Shown here: positions 48,022 to 57,900 of the stretch, piece after piece
How the letters are laid out: each line of letters begins with the position of its first letter
How positions within the stretch are numbered: the first letter of the stretch is position 1
Source of the DNA: Cenarchaeum sp.
Lineage (GTDB): Archaea; Thermoproteota; Nitrososphaeria; Nitrososphaerales; Nitrosopumilaceae
Length of the DNA: 64,000 nt
Assembly (NCBI GenBank): GCA_965242695.1
Contig: CBDESU010000001.1
Location: forward strand, 512,001 to 576,000
Reading direction: 5' to 3'
The notes under the pieces: generated by a model
Seen by the model: only the letters and a program-made list of their open reading frames with translations
Databases searched by the model: none
Told to the model about the DNA's origin: nothing
Position numbers and translations under genes: made by a program

Positions 48022-51000
48022 GTGATCGGCGCCTATGGCGCCTTTGGGCATGCAATTGGGCGGTACGGCTTTGGCGAGGGAGAATTGGACGGGCCCAGTG
48101 GCGCGGCCTACGACTCGTCCAATGCCAAGATCGGCGTGGCCGATACGTACAACCACCGCATTCAGGTCTTCCGCGCCGACGGCACGTCGTCCACCCCCAT
48201 TGGGCTCTGGGGCTCCGGCGACGGGCAGTTTAAGCTGCCATACTCCGTTACATTCGCGCCGCCGCCGCTGCCCATGGCGCTGCCCGGGATGTTTGTGGTG
48301 GCCGACACCGGCAACGACCGCGTGCAGGTGTTCAGCGCCAACGGCACGTATGCCGGCAAGATCGCCGCGGGGCAGCTCAACGCGCCGGCGTCCGCGGCGT
48401 ACTCGCCCGACGGAACACGGATCGCCGTCGCCGACGCGGGCAACGACCGCGTGCAGGTGTTCAGCGCGGCGGACGGCGCCCATGTCAGGAGCATCGGGGC
48501 GGCCGGCGCCGGCAACGGGCAGCTCAACGCGCCGGCGTCCGCGGCATGGTCGCCCAACGGCACGGCGATCGCCGTCGCCGACGCGGGCAACGACCGCGTG
48601 CAGGTGTTCAGCGCGGCGGACGGCGCCCATGTCAGGAGCATCGGGGCGGCCGGCGCCGGCAACGGGCAGCTCAACGCGCCGGCGTCCGCGGCGTACTCGC
48701 CCGACGGAACACGGATCGCCGTCGCCGACGCGGGCAACGACCGCGTGCAGGTGTTCAGCGCGGCGGACGGCGCCCATGTCAGGAGCATCGGGGCGGCCGG
48801 CGCCGGCAACGGGCAGCTCAACGCGCCGGCGTCCGCGGCGTACTCGCCCGACGGAACACGGATCGCCGTCGCCGACGCGGGCAACGACCGCGTGCAGGTG
48901 TTCAGCGCGGCGGACGGCGCCCATGTCAGGAGCATCGGGGCGGGGCAGCTCAACGCGCCCGCATCGGTGTCGTATTCCCTGTCCGGTGACTTGATCGCCG
49001 TCGCCGACGCGGGCAACGACCGCGTGCAGGTGTTCAGCGCGACCAACGGCAGCTTGGCCCTCGGCTTTGGTGCGGCCGGCGACGGCGACGGCCTGTTCAA
49101 CCGTCTGGCGTCCGCGGCCTTTGTTGGCGCGACGGCAGTCATGCCGACGCCGGCCGAGCCCGAGCCGCCGGCCGAGCCCGATCCGCCGGCCGAGCCCGAG
49201 CCGCCGGCGGACGGCAGGCTGGCGCCAGGCGCGATCGCAGTTTCCGAGCGCGGCGCGCACCGCGTACAGGTGTTCCACCCCAACGGCACGTTCGACTTTG
49301 CGTTCGGCGGGCCGGACGCGGGCAGCGCCAACGGGTCGTTCAGCGAGCCCATGTCGGTGGCCCTCGCGCCAGGCGGCGGCGCGATCGCCGTTGCCGACAG
49401 CGGCAACGACCGCGTACAGGTGTTCCACCCCAACGGCACGTTCGACTTTGCGTTCGGCCAGTCCGGCGCCGCCAACGGCTCGTTCAGCTACCCCGTCGGC
49501 ATTGCGTATTCCCGCGACGGCGCCCGGCTCGCAGTCGCCGAGTTCTACAACCACCGCGTGCAGGTGTTCGGCGCGGCCGACGGCGCCCACCTTGCCACGT
49601 TCGGCGGGCAGGAGGGCGGCGGCAGCGATCAGTTCAAGACTCCCCGCACCGTGTCGTTTTCCCCCGACGGCGGCACGATCGCCGTCGCCGATGCGTTCAA
49701 CAACCGCATAAAGCTGATCAACGCCGCAACCGGCGCGTACATCGGCCAGCTGGGCCCCGGAGGGGCGGGCAGCAGCGCCGTCGGCGCGTTCAGCACTGCC
49801 CGAGCCGCGGCGTACTCGCCCGACGGCGGCGAGATCGCCACGGTCGACAGGGGCAACAACCGCGTGCAGGTGTTCTACACGGAAAACAGGACGGTCGACT
49901 ACGAGTTCGGCTGGCAGGGCTCGGGCAACCGGCAGTTCAACAACCCGACCGGGATCGCGTACTCTGCCGACGGCGGCCTGCTCGCCGTCGCCGACATGAA
50001 CAACCACCGCGTGACGGTGTTCCACGCCGCCGACGGCCACAGGGCCCGGGACTTTGGATCCGACGGTTCCCTCGCGGGGAACTTTAGCCGGCCTGCATCC
50101 GTGGCTTTTGTCGCGCCGCCCCCATCCCCGCCCAGTTCCATGATTGCTGTCACCGACCATTCCAACAACCGCATCCAGGTGTTCGACGCCGCGACCGGCG
50201 ACTCCGTGCTCAAGTTCGGGGGGAGAGGCTCCGCTAACGGGGAGTTCCACTCACCGACCGGCGTCGCATACTCGCCCAACGGAAGCAGGCTGGCCGTGGC
50301 CGATCACAACAACCACCGCATCCAGGTGTTCGACGCCGCGACCGGCGACTTTTTGCTCAAGTTCGGTAGGCTTGGCAGCATTGCCAGCGGGTCGCTCAAT
50401 GGTCCGACCGGCGTCGCATACTCGCCCAACGGAAGCAGGCTGGCCGTGGCCGAGTGGGGGAACAACCGCATCCAGGTGTTCGACGCCGCGACCGGCGACT
50501 CCGTGCTCAAGTTCGGGGGGAGAGGCTCCGCTAACGGGGAGTTCCACTCACCGACCGGCGTCGCATACTCGCCCAACGGAAGCAGGCTGGCCGTGGCCGA
50601 TCACAACAACCACCGCATCCAGGTGTTCGACGCCGCGACCGGCGACTTTTTGCTCAAGTTCGGGGGGAGGGGCTCCGCTAACGGGGAGTTCAACAACCCA
50701 GAGGGTGTCGCGTATTCGCCTCTCGACGGAAGCAGCTTGGCCGTGTCAGATAAACGCAACCACCGCGTCCAGATGTTCGACGCCGCGACCGGCGACTTCG
50801 TGTTCAAGTTCGGGCAGCCTGGCGGTGGTAACGGGTCGCTCATTTACGCGGGATTAATCGCGTACTCGCCCGACGGAAGCAGGCTCGCCGTGGCCGACGT
50901 ACGCGGCGTCCAGGTGTTCGGCGCCGCCACCGGCGTCTATATGCTTGAGTATGCTAGTGGTATTTGGGGAACCGGCGTTGCCTACTCGCCGTTGCAGTAG
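48022..51000 (+). CDS. NHL-repeat protein, 3' part (same frame as 46228)
   Basis: Many AYSPDG..IAVAD.GN.RVQVF repeats; 147-nt units at 48370-48960; 297-nt duplication at 50164/50461. Confidence 0.85.
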   Translation: MIGAYGAFGHAIGRYGFGEGELDGPSGAAYDSSNAKIGVADTYNHRIQVFRADGTSSTPIGLWGSGDGQFKLPYSVTFAPPPLPMALPGMFVVADTGNDRVQVFSANGTYAGKIAAGQLNAPASAAYSPDGTRIAVADAGNDRVQVFSAADGAHVRSIGAAGAGNGQLNAPASAAWSPNGTAIAVADAGNDRVQVFSAADGAHVRSIGAAGAGNGQLNAPASAAYSPDGTRIAVADAGNDRVQVFSAADGAHVRSIGAAGAGNGQLNAPASAAYSPDGTRIAVADAGNDRVQVFSAADGAHVRSIGAGQLNAPASVSYSLSGDLIAVADAGNDRVQVFSATNGSLALGFGAAGDGDGLFNRLASAAFVGATAVMPTPAEPEPPAEPDPPAEPEPPADGRLAPGAIAVSERGAHRVQVFHPNGTFDFAFGGPDAGSANGSFSEPMSVALAPGGGAIAVADSGNDRVQVFHPNGTFDFAFGQSGAANGSFSYPVGIAYSRDGARLAVAEFYNHRVQVFGAADGAHLATFGGQEGGGSDQFKTPRTVSFSPDGGTIAVADAFNNRIKLINAATGAYIGQLGPGGAGSSAVGAFSTARAAAYSPDGGEIATVDRGNNRVQVFYTENRTVDYEFGWQGSGNRQFNNPTGIAYSADGGLLAVADMNNHRVTVFHAADGHRARDFGSDGSLAGNFSRPASVAFVAPPPSPPSSMIAVTDHSNNRIQVFDAATGDSVLKFGGRGSANGEFHSPTGVAYSPNGSRLAVADHNNHRIQVFDAATGDFLLKFGRLGSIASGSLNGPTGVAYSPNGSRLAVAEWGNNRIQVFDAATGDSVLKFGGRGSANGEFHSPTGVAYSPNGSRLAVADHNNHRIQVFDAATGDFLLKFGGRGSANGEFNNPEGVAYSPLDGSSLAVSDKRNHRVQMFDAATGDFVFKFGQPGGGNGSLIYAGLIAYSPDGSRLAVADVRGVQVFGAATGVYMLEYASGIWGTGVAYSPLQ

Positions 51001-51171
51001 TGTACCGATGTCGTGATCTAGCTGCCTTGTTGCATAAAGTACTTCTGACGCCTATGCGCATTTATGCTGTGGTCGTCAGTGGTGTGGGTGTGCAATAAGA
51101 TGGATACAGTGCCAATGTCAGGTTTTGGGCTTGCGGACTTGCGCCTAGCAATAAGAAAAAGGGGATGGGTG

Positions 51172-51561
51172 TCACTGCTTCACTGTCGCTGGCAGTGCCG
51201 GCCGCACCGGCTTGGCGAAGGGCGGCCGCGTCGGGCCGAGTTCCGCACTGTCGCCGAACACGCGCGTCCGCAGAAACTCGGCGCGGGTCATGCCGGCCTG
51301 TCGCGCAGCCTTGTCGAGTGCGCCGGCCTCGGCGACCGTCATGCCGAGCGACGCGCGCACGCGCTTCGGTGCGTCCCGCCCGGTGAGCCGCCTGATGGTG
51401 CGCCGCAGTTCCGCGACCTCGGCCTCGGCCGCGGCCAGCCTGGTTTCCAGCCCGTCCCGTCCGCGCATGTCGAGCGCGTCCGCAACGAGCTCGGCCATGG
51501 CCGCCGATTGGGATATGCGGCGGCCCTCGGCCCGCTGCCGCACTGCCTCGATGGTGGCCAT
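51172..51561 (-). CDS. RHH / coiled coil / RHH (CopG/MobC-like) DNA-binding protein
   Basis: RQRAEGRRISQSAAMAELV; heptad coil; RVRASLGMTVAEAGALDKAARQAGMTRAEFLR. Confidence 0.6.
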   Translation of the reverse strand: MATIEAVRQRAEGRRISQSAAMAELVADALDMRGRDGLETRLAAAEAEVAELRRTIRRLTGRDAPKRVRASLGMTVAEAGALDKAARQAGMTRAEFLRTRVFGDSAELGPTRPPFAKPVRPALPATVKQ

Positions 51562-51660
51562 CGGCAGGCGCGCCGACCAGACCTGTTGTTATGAGTCAAT
51601 CCGGCCGCGCGGCGGGCGGCCCCGCCGCATCTTTATAGGCGGCCCCCGGACGGGCCCCCC

Positions 51661-52734
51661 ATGGCATCGCGCAGGGCCATATTCGTCAACGGGTACGGCT
51701 CGATAGGGCGGCGCATCGCCGCGTTCCTCGCCGAGGATGGCGACATCGAGATTACCGGCGTAGGCAAGCACACGCCGGACGCGGGCGTCGGCGAGGCGAT
51801 CAAGAGGGGCCTGCGCGTGTACGCCCCCCGCGACAGGCTCGGCAGGTTCGCCGGCACCGGAGCGGCGGGGGCGATCGAGGATGCCGTGCGCGACAGCGAC
51901 CTCGTAATCGACGCGTCCCCGGGCGGGACGGGCATCCGCAACAAGAGGTCGCTGTACGAGCCGCACGGCACGCCTGCCATATACCAGGGCGGCGAGACCG
52001 TGCGCGGGCCGGACGCCGTGTCCGACCTCCTGTTCAACTCGCGCGTAAACTACGCCGAGGCCGTAGGCAGGGACCACGTCATGCAGGGCAGCTGCAACGT
52101 CACGGGGATCGGCAGGGTCGTCGAGCCACTGCGCGCCAGGTACGGCCCCCGCATAGAGAGGATCGACGTGACGCTCGTGCGCCGCTGGGCCGACATCGAG
52201 CAGTCGGAAAAGGACGTCGCCGACACGATAGAGATGACGCAGAGCCCCCACCACGGCGACGACGTAAGGTCGTACATGGGCGAGGAGACGCCGCTGTTCC
52301 TGCGCGCCATAAAGGTACCGAGCCGCCAGATGCACCTGCATATAATGGACGTGAGGTTTGCGGCCGGCGGGGGCGATGCGCCGCGCCCGTCAGAGTTCCT
52401 CGCCGCCCTGGCGGGCGAGCCAGGCGTGGCGACCCTGTGGACGGCCGGCGGGACGGCCGACGTGCGCCGCTTTGCCGGCGAGATGGGGTTTAGCTTTGCC
52501 GACACGAACATGATCCACGTGCACGCCAACATGACTGCGACCGTCGGCGATACGGTCCAGACGATGTACTCGGACGACCAGACGGGGATCGTCATACCCG
52601 AGAACCACATGCTCGCGCAGGCCATGCTGTTCGGGCGGCCGTACGAGGAGGCGCGCCGCCGCACCGACTCGCTCTTCCACATGCCCGAGAAGAAGCGCCG
52701 CCTCGAGGAGCGGTTCGCGCGGCCGGCCGAGTAG
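51661..52734 (+). CDS. gap: Type II glyceraldehyde-3-phosphate dehydrogenase
   Basis: VNGYGSIGRR, YQGGE, GSCNVTG, RRWAD, PHHGDDV, IVIPEN; TTTATA box at about 51632. Confidence 0.94.
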   Translation: MASRRAIFVNGYGSIGRRIAAFLAEDGDIEITGVGKHTPDAGVGEAIKRGLRVYAPRDRLGRFAGTGAAGAIEDAVRDSDLVIDASPGGTGIRNKRSLYEPHGTPAIYQGGETVRGPDAVSDLLFNSRVNYAEAVGRDHVMQGSCNVTGIGRVVEPLRARYGPRIERIDVTLVRRWADIEQSEKDVADTIEMTQSPHHGDDVRSYMGEETPLFLRAIKVPSRQMHLHIMDVRFAAGGGDAPRPSEFLAALAGEPGVATLWTAGGTADVRRFAGEMGFSFADTNMIHVHANMTATVGDTVQTMYSDDQTGIVIPENHMLAQAMLFGRPYEEARRRTDSLFHMPEKKRRLEERFARPAE

Positions 52735-52741
52735 GGCGGCG

Positions 52742-52847
52742 GGCCGGCGCCCTAGCGCCGCGGGCCGGCGGGGGCCGTCCCCCATGTCCGCCTCGCCCGA
52801 CCTCCGTGGCGGGCCGGCGCCCTAGCGCCGCGTGGGCCGGCGGGGGC
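52742..52847. repeat. Intergenic imperfect direct repeat (about 35 nt) containing a small hairpin
   Basis: ggccggcgccctagcgccgcg(tg)ggccggcgggggc at about 52742 and 52812. Confidence 0.75.
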
Positions 52848-53006
52848 TAGTTCTTATATGCAAGTTAGGCGCCCCTAGGCACGTGGACGAGATAATATGC
52901 CTCCACTGCGAGGGCGTCATTGTCGTGTACTACCACTACGGGTACAGGGGCACGCGCGGCCGGTGCCCAAAGTGCGAGGCAGAGTTCCCGCTGGAATGAT
53001 GCGCGC

Positions 53007-53855
53007 ATGGGCGGCGAAGAGGCGGCGCGCGGGAGCGGCGGCAGGGGCGGCGGATCTGCGGGCCCTGCGCGGCCAGCGGCGGAGGCGGCCGGCGGCAGCG
53101 GAACGGCGGGATCGGGGCCGGCCCGGGCCGGGGGCCGAAGGGGGGCGCCGGCCGATGCCGACTCGATCGTGACGAGCATACAGACGAGGGTCTGGCGGTC
53201 GCTCAAGGAGGGGTACACGTACGAGGCGCCGTTCGAGGAGTCCGACGCCTTCCTGCGCAGCCACGTCCTTGAAAAGGTCGACATGGCCGTAATGTACACC
53301 GACCTTGTCGGCTCGACTGCGATGACGCTGGAGATGTCCGAGGAGAGGGTCGCCTCGATCATCAGCTCGTTCGTCCACGAGATGTCGTACGTGGTGCGGC
53401 AGTACAACGGGTACGTCCTAAAGTTCGTCGGCGATGCCGTGATCGCCTACTTTGACGGCACCAACGACATGCTCATGGCCGCCGACAGGGCCGTAGAGTG
53501 CGCAAAGTCGATGATCAGGGCCGTCGACGAGGGCATCAACCCGCTGCTCAACCAGTACGACTATCCCGACCTGTCGGCAAAGATCGGCATCGACTGCGGC
53601 AAGGTACTAGTCGTCCGGTACGGCTCGGACGCGCAGCGCTCGTACGTCGACCTGATGGGGCCCGTCCTGAACATTGCGGCAAAGATCCAGTCGCACGCAA
53701 AGCCGTGCCAGGTGCTCGTCGGGTCGGACGTGTACGAGAGCATGCACCCCTCGGGACGCGGCGCGTTCAGGGAGGTCGTGTGGAGGAACGACGAGTGGAG
53801 GTACAGGTCGCGCATCACGAGCCAGATCTACAAGGTGTACGAGCATGCCGGGTAG
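53007..53855 (+). CDS. Class III adenylate/guanylate cyclase
   Basis: MYTDLVGST, LKFVGDAV, KIGIDCG, DLMGPVLNIAAKIQ. Confidence 0.9.
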   Translation: MGGEEAARGSGGRGGGSAGPARPAAEAAGGSGTAGSGPARAGGRRGAPADADSIVTSIQTRVWRSLKEGYTYEAPFEESDAFLRSHVLEKVDMAVMYTDLVGSTAMTLEMSEERVASIISSFVHEMSYVVRQYNGYVLKFVGDAVIAYFDGTNDMLMAADRAVECAKSMIRAVDEGINPLLNQYDYPDLSAKIGIDCGKVLVVRYGSDAQRSYVDLMGPVLNIAAKIQSHAKPCQVLVGSDVYESMHPSGRGAFREVVWRNDEWRYRSRITSQIYKVYEHAG

Positions 53856-53874
53856 CGGGGACGGCCGCGGGCGG

Positions 53875-54060
53875 CTACACCGAGAAGCGGCCGGGGCACT
53901 CTACGTGCTCGTAGTGGTGCTCGGTAAAGCGCTCGCCGACGACGTACATTACGATCTTGTGGAGGTCGTCGTCGGCGATGATCGCGTGGCACTTGGCGCA
54001 CCGCCGCACGCGCCCCGCATCCTCTACACGCGCCCTCTTCCCGGCCCCTGCTAGCTGCAT
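53875..54060 (-). CDS. Small zinc-binding protein
   Basis: CAKC...HVEC. Confidence 0.65.
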   Translation of the reverse strand: MQLAGAGKRARVEDAGRVRRCAKCHAIIADDDLHKIVMYVVGERFTEHHYEHVECPGRFSV

Positions 54061-54287
54061 GGCGACCCCCATCGCGCCGCGACCCCTTAAGATCCGATGT
54101 CAAAATAAATCGAGCCCATGGCGCAAAAAAATAGACCGGTATGGCGCCGCGGCGCGCCGCGGCGGGATTTTTGGGCGCCGGGGCGGCCCCGCGCCGGCGC
54201 CGGGGGCCGCCTAGGGGCTCCTAGGCGCGGGCGCGCGCCGGCGCCTGGGCGCAAATGCAGAAATATCCCCTCGTGCGGGGCCGTGCC

Positions 54288-54773
54288 GTGTCAATCTACG
54301 GCGCCGTCGCGCTAGGGTGGCAGATGGGCGCCTGGGCGCCTGGGCCGGCCGATGCTCCTGCTGCCTTGTTCCACGCGCACGCGCTCTCTCCGGCCGTGCC
54401 GCCGGGCGCCTCGCCGCCGGGGCTCGGCCGCGGACCCTACAGGGGCGGCGCGGCCGGCCTGGCCCCGCCGGCGGCCGCCCTGGGACCTAGGGCGGCATCG
54501 GCTCCGCTCCTTGACGGGTACCGCGAGGCGTACCGCCGGCTTGCGTCGGGCCTTGCGGGTGGCGGGCAGGGGAGGGCGCTGTACCCGCCGGGCCACCCGT
54601 TCTACTCGCGGTCAGAGTCTGCCGAGGCGCTGCGCGCCGAGAACGAGCGGCTGCGCAAGGAGATTGCGGACCTTAGGGCGCAGCGCGGGGACGGAACGGA
54701 CGGAGGCGGCGGCGCGGGAGACGGGATGCCCGGCGCCCCGCCGTCGGCGCCCTTTGGGCCGGATCGCATCTGA
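54288..54773 (+). CDS. Hypothetical protein with C-terminal coiled coil
   Basis: SIYGAVALGW start; PPGHPFYSRSESAEALRAENERLRKE. Confidence 0.55.
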   Translation: MSIYGAVALGWQMGAWAPGPADAPAALFHAHALSPAVPPGASPPGLGRGPYRGGAAGLAPPAAALGPRAASAPLLDGYREAYRRLASGLAGGGQGRALYPPGHPFYSRSESAEALRAENERLRKEIADLRAQRGDGTDGGGGAGDGMPGAPPSAPFGPDRI

Positions 54774-54915
54774 CCTGCCGTTGCGGCGGCGGCGGACGGC
54801 AGCGGGTTGCGGTGGCCATGCCATCCATTCCAAGCCAGTGACGCCTTTGTCACAGCGGCAGCCATCGTGTCGGGTACGGTGGAGTGGCAGGCGAGACGAA
54901 ACCTGCGACGCGGCC

Positions 54916-57900
54916 CTACACCAAGCCGACAGGGATGCGCTCGTCGACCGCAGCCTCGCGCTCGATCCGCATTTCGAGGGCCTCTGCGTAGTGGCGGAGA
55001 AACGACAGCACGTTCGGATCGGACTCGCCTGCGGCCAGCTGCTGCGCCCGCTTCTTCTTGTCCGCATAGTGCGACACAAGGGATCCCCTGTAGGTGCCGG
55101 CCATGAGGTTTGCGGCCAGCCCGTCCCTGACATCCTCGCGGTCGCCAAACCTCGCGACAAAGCCCCTGAGTGCGGAAAAGACGTGCGGCAGGTGGCGGGA
55201 CATGCGCCACGCCCTTTCGTCGGGATCTTCCCCGACCCATGCGAGGATCTCGGGCATGAGCGCAGCCATCAATTCATCGGCCCCGACCGCCTTTGACCAG
55301 CCGCCGTGCCCGATCCACTCGAGCAGCTCAAACGCCCCCTGGTCCAGGGGCGGAACGATGCGCCCGGCGATCATCTGCCACACCTCGCGCGGCCTTTTGA
55401 CCGCAACCACTGCCAGCGCGGAGGATGGCGGCTCCGACCCGGGGGCATGCAGCAGCACAGAGTCCCCGAACCGGTCGATCATCTCCCGGGCCAGCGCCAG
55501 GGCCCCGCCTCCGCCCTGCCGGGCAAGCGCAGATGCAAGATCCCTCCACGCGCCGCACACGACATGGTCGGGCTGTGCGCCGTCCGCGGGGTCGACGAGC
55601 CCCTTGTGCAGCAGGACATCCAGGGCGAGCCGCTCCGGCATGCGGGGCGCGGCGGCGGACTCCGCCCTCGGCCCCGCCACAAAGTAGGAGTAGAGCATGT
55701 CCAAGGCCGTGGCGCCGGCCGCTTCGTCCTGGCCGCACTTTTCAAGCACCAGGGCAACCAGGCCCGTGACGGCCTCGGCCGGGACGCCCCGCAGGCGGTG
55801 GCCGTACCGGAGCGGCTGGATGGACTCCAGCCCAAGCCTTTGGTCGGACACGCCCTGTGCTATGCGCTCGGCGGCCCTCTTCGTCATGCCTGTCCGCCCG
55901 GTGATCTCTGGCACGTGGGAGCAGAGGGCGTCATCGGCGAGCATCTTGTCAAGCAGGTCTTCAAGGGCGTCCCGGCGATCCTCCGCCATCTGATGCAGGT
56001 ATCCGCTCAGGAAGAGCGCCGTCGCGGCGCGGCCGGCCCTTCGCATCGCGGCCAGGAGGGGGCCCAGCATCCGAAGATCAGGATCCCGCTCGGCCACTGC
56101 GTGTCCAAAGTCGAGGCCATTGACCGCCTTGTCCGTGACCAGCCAGTCCAGCTCGGGCAAAAGGGCATCGCCGAGGACGGCCTCGCCTGCCAGCTTTTGG
56201 ATGGCGTCCGCGGCGCGATCGGGGTGCGGGCCAGTCCCCCACCCGCGCAGCGAATGCCGCCCCACATGGCGCCTTAATTCCGCCGAAAACCCCGTTCCCT
56301 CCATCGAGTCGCGCAGCGACGAGAGGCTCGCGGGCACCTCGGCGCTGATCCGGTCAGACTCCATGTCAAGGACCCGTGCGATCTGGTCAAGGAGGGGCAC
56401 CTTCTCCACGCGGCCCGACGCTGCCAGGGCCTCGAGGAGCGAGACGACGGGCCGGGAGAGCTCGGGGACGAGGAGGGCCTGGCGCGCCGTCCTGACGGCG
56501 GTCGCCGCCGCCTCTTCCTGGAGCTTGGCACTCCTTGAATCCAGGGCCGCCGTTTTGAGCAGGTTGAAGACGTCTAGGTAGTATCCGACCGCCTCGCCGC
56601 GGTCCCTTGGAGCCCACGGCTCGGGCATGTGCTCAAACCCCACGCAGCGCGGAACTGCGATCGAATGGCGGTGCATTTCGAGGACGTTGCCGCATGCCAG
56701 TACGGCCACGCGCCGGGCCTCGGGCGAGTCCGAGACCATGGCCTCCCTCACGACGGCAAGGCGGGCACGGTATGGGGCCGAGACGGCCGCGTCTGCGGGA
56801 TCGAGTGCGCGGCAGTAGGCGTCCAGCGAGGGGTTTGGATCGTACGCCTGCGACGCGCCCACGCCCCCGCCGGCCACTGCGAGCCTCAGCAGGAGCCGCA
56901 TTGCGCCGGCAAACGCGTCGGCATGAGAAAGCATCCGCGCCAGTGCATACGGTATGCGGCGATCGACGCGCCGCATGCCGGCCTCGAAGTCTGCCCCAAT
57001 CCTGCCGACTATCCGGTCGATGCATGCGAGGGCCGATGCGGGGTCGACCGAGCTGAGCGCCGCAAAGAAGCTTGCGTTCAGCCCTCTCCTCAGGGTGCGC
57101 TCCGAGTCCAAGGGATCCCCGGGCCGCAGCATGCCTTTGACGACTTTTGACGACTCGGGAGAGCCGCTCGCATAGCGGAACATGTCGAGGTGCCGCTGCA
57201 GCAGGCGATCGGATTCGTCCGCGGCCCCGCACTGGCCGGCAAGATCGCCCGCATAGGGGGCCGCTTCGGCCGGGTGGTTCTTCCACCACTCGGCCCACAG
57301 GTAGACGTGGAGCATCTTGGGCGTAATGTGGAGCATGTATGTGCCCTGCAGCACCTTCATCCTGCGCAGATCGCGTATGGTGGACATGAACTTGTCCCTG
57401 GGCATCTGGGCGCTCTCCTCGACCAGCGCCGCTATGCGGTCAAGCTCGCGGCCGTAGGTGCCGCCGTACCCAAACGCCTTGAAGAGGCTCAGCCATTCCA
57501 GCGCCGTCTTTCGCGCATCAAACTCGCTCCCGCGCGGGTCGCCTTGCCCGGCGATGTGCCGATCCCAGACCGCCACGGTGTCAGGATCCCGCAGCGCGTC
57601 GCCGGGATTGTCCCTCAGGTTGGCGCCCGCGACATGGGCGGCGCGAGGCGATCCCCTGCAGTACTCCGCCCACGCGCCCGTGTCGGCGCCTGTTCCCGCA
57701 TACGCCGACAGTATCTCGCGGAGCTTGGCATCGGACAGCATCGGCACGCCCATGTGCTCCGTGCCGTCCGCGCCCTCGATCTCCTCGCTGTCTATGCTCA
57801 CAAGCCGCATCCTGCTCGAGCTTTTTGCGCTGTCCCAGACGCCTACCTGCTCTGAATAGCCGCAGTCGTCGACTACGACGATCGAGCTGGCCTGGCCGCC

